IMG/VR virus record: IMGVR_UViG_3300034117_001294 | Span: 164,850 to 228,849 of that record | Length of the DNA: 64,000 nucleotides | Direction: 5' to 3' (one strand) | In this document: positions 57,401 through 64,000 of the stretch, one piece after another | Numbering within the stretch: position 1 is the stretch's first letter | How the letters are laid out: the number at the start of each line of letters is the position of its first letter | Program-made: the position numbers and the translations under genes | Notes under the pieces: generated by a model | What the model saw: only the letters and a program-made list of their open reading frames with translations | Told to the model about the DNA's origin: nothing | Databases searched by the model: none

Positions 57401-60400
57401 TTCAGGAATAGTAATCTTGTTTTTAACCCAATAATAATAGACATTACTAAACGAGTTAGAAACAGGATTCCAAATTTGTTTTACAGAAATGACTGAATTG
57501 TCAATAAATTTAGGCTGGCCGCTAATGCCTTGTGCTAGTCCTTCGTTAGTGTCAGCAATAGCACTCCACTGGCTAGGAAGAGAAGATGTTCTTACCCACT
57601 CGTATACATCGATCATTGATCCAGGGAATAAAGTATTCCAACTATTTCTACGGAATTCTAACTCACCTTGCTCATACCAAACATATTTGACTGAGCTCAG
57701 ATCCCACCATAATTTTCCAACGTGTTCGTCTAACCAGTTATTGTTAGTGTTAGTCACAACACCGCTAACACCTATAGAATAAACCGCAGGATCAAATAAA
57801 GACTTATAAGAAAGTTCTTGATCTGCAAAGCCAGAGATCTTACCTTTTAAGGGATCTATAATTTCTAAATAATCAACCACTGACTGATCTTTTGTGTTGA
57901 TAGTTTTAACTGTTTTAATTGAGCTTAGGTCAACAAGGTCTTCCTCAGATCTAATAAGTTTCCAGCTGTTCAATGAATCAGATTTAGCTGTATAAAAATA
58001 TAAAGCACCAATCTGAGCCTGTTGCCTATCTAAGCCAGGTGCACCTACTACAACACCGGAGTTGTGTACATGTACACTATTTCCGTATAGTTGGCCAGCA
58101 ATTGATAACTGATTGAAAAGTTCTTCACCAAAAATGTATTTTTCATTTTCTTTTACAAAGGTAAAGACTGCACCAGAATTCTTAATTACAGAATAAAAAT
58201 TAGTTGTATCAGAATCAAACGTAGTGTTTGATGGTTTTGGATTACTATTAGGATCTAGTACATATTTTTCTCTGCCAGTAAGTGCAGAAGTATAGCTGTC
58301 AAATGTAGCAAAAGGTCTGTGACTTGCACCTGCCGAAGATACTACTAACGTTTTATTGTCCGGGGACAATTCCATGGTACTACCAAAATCATAACCATTA
58401 TTTAAATAAGGATTATCAATAACTTGCTCTACTACATATTGCCCGCTGGTTAATTTCATTGCAATAACTTTACCCGAACGAGTAGTTTTATCACTTGCTT
58501 TAGTTGCAGAAATAAACAAATAGTCTCCGGATTCACTCATTACTATGCTTTCGCCAAACCCGGTTCCGGGTCCTGCAATACCAATAAATGCATCATCTAA
58601 AGAAGTAATTGTCTGGACATTAGTGTAAGTTCCAGAGACTGCACGTGAGTAAACAAAAACTGCACCAGTTGAAGTAGACCATCCGGGGGCCGCTACTGCA
58701 ATTTTAGTACCAGCAGCATTGCCAGTAATTGCATTACCAAATTTACTGTTAGCAGTTAGTCCGCTAACTGCAATCCTTGCATTTGTATCTGCACTAGCTG
58801 CAATACTGACAGAACTGGTAGTTACATTCAATACAGAATAATGGACCGCACCAGTGCCATCGTGATCAGGACTTGAAACAAATAGTACCTTAGAGGTTGA
58901 AGAAATACTTCCAACATGCATAGCATGTCCAAAGTTTGCACCGGACTGCGGCTGAGGGCTGCTAATTGCTGCATTAAATAAAATTTCATCGTTGTCAAAA
59001 TCAATTCTAGCTATTCTAACAAATCCTTGTTCTAAAAAGTTTGATGTTGCAGTAGTTAAGTTAACTGTGCTGAATTTGTTAGTTGCAGTAACTTGTCGAA
59101 TATACGAAGTGCCCGGTGATCCGATAAAAACTAAATCATTATCGTCGTCAAATTTAACTGATTGCCCAAATAAAGAAGTATTAGTTCCTGTGAAGTACGT
59201 GTCTGATATAGAAATATTTGGGTACACTGCACTAGAGAATAAAGCCTGTCCACTATTGATTTTGTAGGTATAAACTTTTCCAAAATCTAGCGAGCGGCCA
59301 TCGGCTGAGTAGTAAAAATTAGGAGAACTGGTTACTAGTTTTGTTCCTGCAGAGTTGCCTGCAACTTTATAACCATACTGTTGATTCTGTCCTAGTGTGT
59401 AGGCAACATAAGGAGATTTAAATTCTGTTGAGGCAAAATTATCTGTCTTTTGATACACTGCCCATTTACCCAGTCGATCATCTACCCATATCTTTTCATC
59501 AACTCCAATCTTATCAAGTAATATAGAATTTTCTAAATCGTCAAACTGTCCGAGTCTTGAGCTGACAAATTTAAACAACAATCCTATTGCTGGAGAAAAC
59601 GGAGTTGTTAATGTTGTAAGAACAGACGAAACCACAAACTGATTAAGTTCTATAATTTGATCTACTGTGTACACTCCGTCAACTTGACCGTCAAACTGAC
59701 TGATACTGACAATATCGCCAATGGCTAAATTATGTCTAAAATCAGTTGTTACTAGTAAACTAGACCCTGGAGAGTAGACATCTACATCTACAATTCTTGT
59801 AGAAATCTGAGTATATCTGTAGATATCCCAGTTGCCGTTAGGTAGGAATCCAACCCACACAGTGTCTCCATCTTTTAGACTTCTGTTATTAGCAATGTCA
59901 AGGAGACTGTCTTTGTTAAAGGCAGTAGCCGTAACATCATCAAGTCTAGCATAACCAGCAGTTGGTAAGATAGCTACACTGTCAGAAAGGGCAGTGCTAG
60001 TTGTTTTAAAAGGTGTACTAGAGTAATCACTCGTTTTAATAGCAATATTTTCAGGAGTCTGATAGCTTATAAACTCACTGTATATGATTGGTTCAGTTTC
60101 AACAAATTTAACAATTTGTGGATTCTCTTTGAATTGCAATTCATTTAAAGTAAGCTCCAATGTTTCGTTAGTAGGGAATGACCCATAGTTACCAATCCTA
60201 AATGCCCAGTCTTCGTAGAAATCTACAAATCCGCCTTGAGAAATAATACTGGCTTTGGCCAATTTGCTAATTGTATTTCTAGTACCTTTTTCTTTAATAT
60301 AACCTTGATAGAATTTATACTGACTTGTTGCGTTAGTAAAAATGTTATCAAGATAACTTCTTGGACTATATCCAACAAGGTGTTGTGCAAGACTTTGTTG

Positions 60401-63400
60401 GGTTGCATCAAAGTTATCAATATCAAGACTGTAAAAATCTTCAAACTGACCAATTTTGTAATCAAAGTTAGGAAGAAGTTCTGCTACAGGTTTTTCTCCT
60501 AGCACAGACCATTCGTTAAAATTAAATTCAGCTGCACCTAAAACTTTTGAAATTGCAGAATAATAATTGCCTGCATAGAATACCACATCACCTGTGGAAT
60601 AATCTGTAAATTTTTCCCAAGTAGAAATTTGTGCTTCGTCATATATGAAGCCGGGACTAAACATGTCGCCATTCCAGCCGCCAGTAATAAAGCCCATTAA
60701 CTTAATTCTACGTTGCTTATATCCAGTCTCTGGTTCGTAGATCACATCATTGAACAAAGTAGAATTATTCAATACCAAGGTATGTTCTTTTTGTACTAGA
60801 TTTAGTCTTGCAAAGAAAATCCCGTCAGTGGTATTCACCGTTCTAATTGTAAAAACGTTTTCGTCTCTTGAAGTAGAAATAGACTTGTTAGAAAGCACAG
60901 TACCGTCTGCTTTTAAAACACTATAGTCATAAAATGCATTAGTTAATCCGTCAACTACTGCGGTTGTATCTTCAAATTTAACACCGTTTGCAAAAGGACT
61001 CAAAGTAATTACACTGCCGACTGACCACTTTTGGGTAGTCCAATATAACATTTCTTTAGAGCTAAATGTCCAATCTAAAATTTCTGTAAGGTCTTTGTTG
61101 TACTCATCAAAAACAAATCCTTGACTTTCAAGCCACTTGCTATAACCTAATAGAACTGCATGGATATCTTCAGGGTTCTCATACTCAATACCGTAAGGAA
61201 TTTCTGTAATTGTTGAACTAAATTTAGAAGGGCGGCGTACTGATACTCCGCCTATAACTGGCAATGCCGGAAGTGGTTGGAATTTAGCAGAGTCAAATGC
61301 TGCTCCGGAATTGTGACCCATCTTTACTCGATAGAATCCACCTAAATATCTAACTACTTGCCCTTGTTTGTAATATCTATATCCAGAATTTGTACTAACT
61401 GATGTAGTATCAAGCCCGGTCATAGGATTTGCACTAGAAGCCGCCCAGTCTACATATGCTTCTGATTTTCCGCCTACTGTAATTGCAGGATCAGTTGCTG
61501 TGAAATTTGGCATCAAGCAATTGAAGTAAGGATTCTTTGTATCGTATCCTCTAATAGAGTAGCCCTTTTCTGTTCGTTGGACAATAACTCCACTAATTCC
61601 TAAACTTTTAACTGGACTACTTTTGTCTAAAAATATCTCGTGATCTTCGTTAACTAATGCAACTCCGGTGCTAACACTGTTAGGACTTACACTGTCTACA
61701 ATAACTTTAAATTTTTCTTTATTAACAAATCCGCCCAATTTATGACTTAGTTTAAAGGAAATAAAATTCAATTCAGATTTAAGTTCAGATAGATACTTTC
61801 TGTTTTTTTGTTTACCTGCTTCGATTAAAAACACACTGTACCCAGCGGCAAGAGTATCCTGATCGTCAAGAACATCTTGATATAATTTAAGAATATCAAA
61901 GCTGACAAATTCTTTATTTTCACCGTAGCCGTATTGTCCTGCAAGATTTTTTGTTATTCGACTAGTGTCAAATAGCATAGCTGCATAACTAGCAGGTTGA
62001 GCTAAAGACATTAAAATCTGTACAGCAAAAGGATACAAAGCACTTCTTCTCCAAGCAGCTTCAACTGGAGCAATATCCCCAAATTTCCAATTATCGGTTG
62101 TGCTAAGATAATCTAGTCCAGTAGCAATACTAGCTGATGCCGGGTCTAAAAGATTTCCGTTATCGTCAACTGGTAGTATTCTAGACAATCCTGTTCTAAT
62201 ATATTTTGTATTAACTGTGGAATTGTTAGGCTCTCTAATAAAACCTTTTTCAATATCATCCCATAAAATAGTATTGCCTTTGGTATACGGTGCAGGTCCG
62301 TATGCATCAATCCACCATTTAGGCATAATAGGAAAACCTAACATTTCCCAAGGGTGAGTGTGAGGGCGATCTGTATCAAAGAAATATTTGTAGATACCTC
62401 TCCAGTTACCAGGAAGTGGCAATTTAGTAACTAAATCTTTGCCTGTTTTATAGTTCCAAGTTTTTCTATCTTCAGTAGCAGTAGTGTTAAAGGAATAATT
62501 AAATCCGTAGAAAGCATCCCACTTTAAAAATTCTCTAGAAAGAATATCATTAACTTCTTTAAGGTTATATTTGTTAGTTCTAAACGCACCCGGAAGAATA
62601 CTATTGATGTCTAGTAATTCAGGATTGTAATTAATCTTAATATTATTAAAGACTCGTTTTTCAAATTCTAAAATTATATCATCTCGATAGTCATCAAAGG
62701 CCAGCATAATACTGCCGTCATGTCCTTGAATAACATTTCTAGCTTCGCCTGCAAAAGTGTCATCAAGATAAATCTTAGGTTCAAATTTAGGATATAGCCC
62801 TAACTTAGTTGGCGTAGGCGGTACATAGCACCCCCTAGTACTAGGATAATCATTAACAGTAATAACGTCTCCCTTGACTAAATCAATTTTGATATTGACT
62901 GATGAATCAACTAGATCAAATTCATATTCAGATCCGTGAACTAATTGTACTACGTTACCAGCAGTGTCTGTTCTGTATACTACAACAGACCTCAAAGACA
63001 ATTCAGTTAAATTAAATGTTGACGCTAATGAATAATTTTTATTCCTGCTGTCGGTTACAGGATACGATCTAGAAACTAAATCAGTACCGTAGGCAACCAT
63101 ATCAGTTAGTGCATAAGGAAAAGATACTTCTTTATTCACATTCATATTGTATAATGCAATATCTAATGCTTTCGCCGAAGTATAATTACCTTTAAGTTTT
63201 GTAATTTGATCAATCAACCCTAATTTAAATTGATTGTAATGTTGTGCTACTGTTCTTGTTGCAGACAATAAATTATATTTGTCGTTGGCAATGAAATATG
63301 CAGCAAATGCAAGAGGATTTTTGTTGCAGATTAATCTAGTGCCGTAACTAGGCAATTGATCAATATCTCTAATATTGCTAGTCCCTGGGAAACTTCCAAC

Positions 63401-64000
63401 GAAGTTAGGATGTCTATCAATCATAGTCTTAACGTGATCAGACAATTCAGAAAGGGTAAATTGAGAAATGGGTCCGTTTAATGGATTATTAGTAAATCCT
63501 AAAGAGGTTTCGTATGCACCTGTTAGACTGGGCTTTCCAGTCCCTTTAACTTTAAGAAGTACCCTGTCTCCGACTGTTACTGGATTTTTAAAAACTACAA
63601 AATATCTTCTACCAGATGCATATAATGTATACTCGTCCAATAAAACTTTTTTATCTTCGTTGACGAATACATCTACTTCAATATTTTGATATCCGGCGTT
63701 TTCAACCGCAGTAATTTCCAATTCAGTAATTACAGAATCTGCAACTGTGTATTGAATAATAGGAATTTGATATCCGGCAGATTCTGTCCACACATTGATA
63801 TAAACGGAGTCGTTTCTATTAACGTTCCTTTTTATAAAGCCGTTGGACACCGGAACTGAGTAAGAATTGTTGCCGTCGACAACAAAATTAACATCAGTCA
63901 TGAAATAATTTTCAAACAAATAATATGCTTGATTAGAAATATTTTTGTATTTTAAAGAAAATCCTAATACAGAATCTGCAACGCCAGTGCCGATACTATA
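51407..64000 (-). CDS. giant virion structural protein (baseplate/tail hub-like, >4190 aa), 5' end outside window
   Basis: Frame stays open from 63919 to 64000 ([14 protein letters not shown]...); beta-propeller-like repeats, GSGY...P repeats, KPYHTKIR motif. Confidence 0.85.
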   Translation of the reverse strand, partial: YSIGTGVADSVLGFSLKYKNISNQAYYLFENYFMTDVNFVVDGNNSYSVPVSNGFIKRNVNRNDSVYINVWTESAGYQIPIIQYTVADSVITELEITAVENAGYQNIEVDVFVNEDKKVLLDEYTLYASGRRYFVVFKNPVTVGDRVLLKVKGTGKPSLTGAYETSLGFTNNPLNGPISQFTLSELSDHVKTMIDRHPNFVGSFPGTSNIRDIDQLPSYGTRLICNKNPLAFAAYFIANDKYNLLSATRTVAQHYNQFKLGLIDQITKLKGNYTSAKALDIALYNMNVNKEVSFPYALTDMVAYGTDLVSRSYPVTDSRNKNYSLASTFNLTELSLRSVVVYRTDTAGNVVQLVHGSEYEFDLVDSSVNIKIDLVKGDVITVNDYPSTRGCYVPPTPTKLGLYPKFEPKIYLDDTFAGEARNVIQGHDGSIMLAFDDYRDDIILEFEKRVFNNIKINYNPELLDINSILPGAFRTNKYNLKEVNDILSREFLKWDAFYGFNYSFNTTATEDRKTWNYKTGKDLVTKLPLPGNWRGIYKYFFDTDRPHTHPWEMLGFPIMPKWWIDAYGPAPYTKGNTILWDDIEKGFIREPNNSTVNTKYIRTGLSRILPVDDNGNLLDPASASIATGLDYLSTTDNWKFGDIAPVEAAWRRSALYPFAVQILMSLAQPASYAAMLFDTSRITKNLAGQYGYGENKEFVSFDILKLYQDVLDDQDTLAAGYSVFLIEAGKQKNRKYLSELKSELNFISFKLSHKLGGFVNKEKFKVIVDSVSPNSVSTGVALVNEDHEIFLDKSSPVKSLGISGVIVQRTEKGYSIRGYDTKNPYFNCLMPNFTATDPAITVGGKSEAYVDWAASSANPMTGLDTTSVSTNSGYRYYKQGQVVRYLGGFYRVKMGHNSGAAFDSAKFQPLPALPVIGGVSVRRPSKFSSTITEIPYGIEYENPEDIHAVLLGYSKWLESQGFVFDEYNKDLTEILDWTFSSKEMLYWTTQKWSVGSVITLSPFANGVKFEDTTAVVDGLTNAFYDYSVLKADGTVLSNKSISTSRDENVFTIRTVNTTDGIFFARLNLVQKEHTLVLNNSTLFNDVIYEPETGYKQRRIKLMGFITGGWNGDMFSPGFIYDEAQISTWEKFTDYSTGDVVFYAGNYYSAISKVLGAAEFNFNEWSVLGEKPVAELLPNFDYKIGQFEDFYSLDIDNFDATQQSLAQHLVGYSPRSYLDNIFTNATSQYKFYQGYIKEKGTRNTISKLAKASIISQGGFVDFYEDWAFRIGNYGSFPTNETLELTLNELQFKENPQIVKFVETEPIIYSEFISYQTPENIAIKTSDYSSTPFKTTSTALSDSVAILPTAGYARLDDVTATAFNKDSLLDIANNRSLKDGDTVWVGFLPNGNWDIYRYTQISTRIVDVDVYSPGSSLLVTTDFRHNLAIGDIVSISQFDGQVDGVYTVDQIIELNQFVVSSVLTTLTTPFSPAIGLLFKFVSSRLGQFDDLENSILLDKIGVDEKIWVDDRLGKWAVYQKTDNFASTEFKSPYVAYTLGQNQQYGYKVAGNSAGTKLVTSSPNFYYSADGRSLDFGKVYTYKINSGQALFSSAVYPNISISDTYFTGTNTSLFGQSVKFDDDNDLVFIGSPGTSYIRQVTATNKFSTVNLTTATSNFLEQGFVRIARIDFDNDEILFNAAISSPQPQSGANFGHAMHVGSISSTSKVLFVSSPDHDGTGAVHYSVLNVTTSSVSIAASADTNARIAVSGLTANSKFGNAITGNAAGTKIAVAAPGWSTSTGAVFVYSRAVSGTYTNVQTITSLDDAFIGIAGPGTGFGESIVMSESGDYLFISATKASDKTTRSGKVIAMKLTSGQYVVEQVIDNPYLNNGYDFGSTMELSPDNKTLVVSSAGASHRPFATFDSYTSALTGREKYVLDPNSNPKPSNTTFDSDTTNFYSVIKNSGAVFTFVKENEKYIFGEELFNQLSIAGQLYGNSVHVHNSGVVVGAPGLDRQQAQIGALYFYTAKSDSLNSWKLIRSEEDLVDLSSIKTVKTINTKDQSVVDYLEIIDPLKGKISGFADQELSYKSLFDPAVYSIGVSGVVTNTNNNWLDEHVGKLWWDLSSVKYVWYEQGELEFRRNSWNTLFPGSMIDVYEWVRTSSLPSQWSAIADTNEGLAQGISGQPKFIDNSVISVKQIWNPVSNSFSNVYYYWVKNKITIPEGASRRLSAYDVASLIADPKAKGVKFASMIANNAFMLTNMGSSIIGTDINLSIDIDTTGKEINKHTEWLLLQDGNASSVPNTLMIRKLIDSLLGKDTAGNSVPDTMLSDRLKYGIEFRPRQSMFKDRIGALRTLVEYTNTVLKNNNIVDSVNFTKFNAKDEIPNQVLGTYDVLVEDLIERDFAVSTRNLKRAELTCQVRNGKIISVTIINPGFGHGTLEKVLVNSNQEAVNYVGPTVAIDGNGSDAKIVTEVNIVGEIVKVTVVNPGKNYTASPTLTVRPFTVIVRTDDTVNGRWSRYEWEYDLKVFLRKYTQSYDTANFWKYIDWVDTTYNPAQDILATIDAPYQLASVSSIPAGNYVKVRNGGDGRYIILRKRLSTAGVGTYNGSFDLIYQENGTIKLDESIWNYKASVYGWDQVSGWDQTSWDQNPAKETENIIYGLLEDVFVGPLKVYYNRLFFKLIKYALSEQKFLDWAFKTSFINVYNHAGSLDQRPVYKLNNESYYQEYINETKPYHTKIRNFTNNYTATDVTSAVITDFDLPSVYSPSQGRFIPVTFGRAELNTYPWKSWLQSYSYSVNAIDVYDGGSGYELQPLVEITPQPGDTTGTGAKAIAYIALGKVSQIVVTDSGSGYTATPIVKLIGGGPTTLIPARVSVRITNGAVRSNSITMKFDRVSGYNEITTATAFDSYTATGASREFDLTWAPSPDKNNITVKVDGIRVLSGDYTVEKYSEKFNGYSKQYGKIVLADIPKKLSKITIEYKKDHSLYHAVDRIRDYYAPVSGMPGNTATMLMNGLEYPGVTIDTLPFEVSKGWDTTLFGDSNWDDFIPEVGAYETKGPRVTATVAATTSISAGSVLYFTLATNKDITGVRIGSTVTIATVIYTVTSSTIDTANMTRWVLQLGAPVGVTPGASLSFVNPNPLVYTLPFVPTLGQGYNAYIKYSGTNNFVRIDTTATAFVGNGYVSTITVPAIYNSNDRVLFRSTSSDGSLPVVDLDLDTYINPNGATSPGWYYDNINGMMVPTKSDDLEDINIDGDKLISANNSYGPEENLPGRVSDSLGINVYTYPTAGAALMINKKYFKDAFTSRYPIGFTPPSNESVEVMLNNRLLSYGVDYILDYQTNEVVFLADPYAGIRGPYFNPSDVLPRRQGTVIESNAGDDTFTGPYPLGFSWNMFGTLYNEVYVGTNGYLTFGAGDSQWTPLVLGQLIAPAIYIEYCDLWQDYGINPSTGLRNTPLSTGETPGLFLSGGEVGNFVYWRLRFQGSHYNQRTSTTTVPAYQFEVTLYSDGTNQYIEMIYENTWRGANFNGDQGFITGVALGRSGSTPGTGILVDDANIQNNTSHVFYSTSNGGNWQYAGRGSFDPFKNQNPDPELLSITTMSVGGKNLLEKASVPITYASGQKVFDFASSFADIKSSYVTINGVKRTDYALSGLVKGTSGRVKLTFDTNLAIGDTLQVWFFASDHKAFSEIKEQIIAATSSTTVFTLTSPPGNIQPFHSQLIVERNGVRLSPPDTVYYSAANGVRTFSLDQHIDYPQGLPDRAKLEVYVNGIRRDFDTTVRLNQDENLVEFNTQVLNNSDVVAITLLRDHDYYVTGSTLTLTDRVDVASSSTIKVTTFNNHDNSLFRRERFNGNYAGIFKLSRTVVNSNYVWVEVNGRPITRETEFKIGSDNRTVILNEQYKLKSTDTVVIMSVVDQTSEALVGYRIFRDNLGRTHYKRISQENSTQLAADLLPTDTSITVEDADVLTLPNHNNNRPGVILIDGERIEFYKVEGNKLSWLRRGTLGTGIKSLHKESSIVLDQGPEQNIPVVEYKKQDKFTINSTTNTVLTLTNIVFDGGVINSYNHVDVVYQGRVLRKPLSDTFTSLFNNGVKVVKNTTSTYRTTDVSVAYDSGETNSYNTASTVLLAAEYSITTATNTINLNFTPRVGSELKVIQTVSQESGIEYSDIHSRNVEQVKFLLERPSFLPDKYYYGQNTATDQYLILEFGDTLDSETGDPLIGS

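Noticed and set aside
1-64000. Numerous short antisense or alternate-frame ORFs in the ORF track (e.g. 4048-4434, 16318-16677, 31961-32395, 56940-57434)
   Set aside because: They lie wholly within well-supported genes on the other strand or frame and show no motifs or RBS; shadow ORFs
1-64000. Stop-codon reassignment, as seen in some large phages
   Set aside because: Genes are intact and tightly packed under the standard code; TAA and TGA are common stops and TAG ends the cupin gene at 33396
1-64000. tRNA/rRNA genes, integrase or transposase
   Set aside because: None recognised by eye, and intergenic gaps are mostly too short; a tRNAscan/Infernal run would be needed to exclude them formally

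Overview
This window is a 64 kb, AT-rich, gene-dense segment of a large lytic tailed phage. It resembles the distantly T4-related jumbo myoviruses common in aquatic metagenomes, and the spanin pair implies a Gram-negative host. The plus strand (1-41086) carries, in order: small early genes; a clamp loader; phoH (minus strand); a lysis cassette (GH19 endolysin, i-/o-spanin, DUF4337-like protein, holin); a DnaJ-peptide deformylase-ClpA module; a block of probable capsid-internal/ejected proteins with T4 CTS-like N-termini, including a 1602-aa multi-enzyme polyprotein; a B-family DNA polymerase and sliding clamp; a 7-deazaguanine DNA-modification cluster (TGT/DpdA-like, DpdL/QueD-like, glycosyltransferase, NDP-sugar dehydrogenase, FolE, MazG-like, QueE); RNase H; and a MoxR-VWA pair. 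A bidirectional terminator at about 41090 separates this from a minus-strand tail/baseplate operon: four paralogous fibre-like proteins, a collagen-like fibre, and a >4190-aa structural protein that runs off the window end. The three most interesting signals are: (1) a deazaguanine pathway without QueC but with an embedded glycosyltransferase and sugar dehydrogenase, a candidate new DNA hypermodification; (2) modular head-cargo polyproteins whose modules are joined by a nucleotide-conserved GC-rich AAGGTGTGGCGGAGG (GVAE) junction; (3) twin GCCAYAAA-loop hairpins at the polymerase ribosome-binding site. All calls come from motif recognition by eye; no database searches were run.
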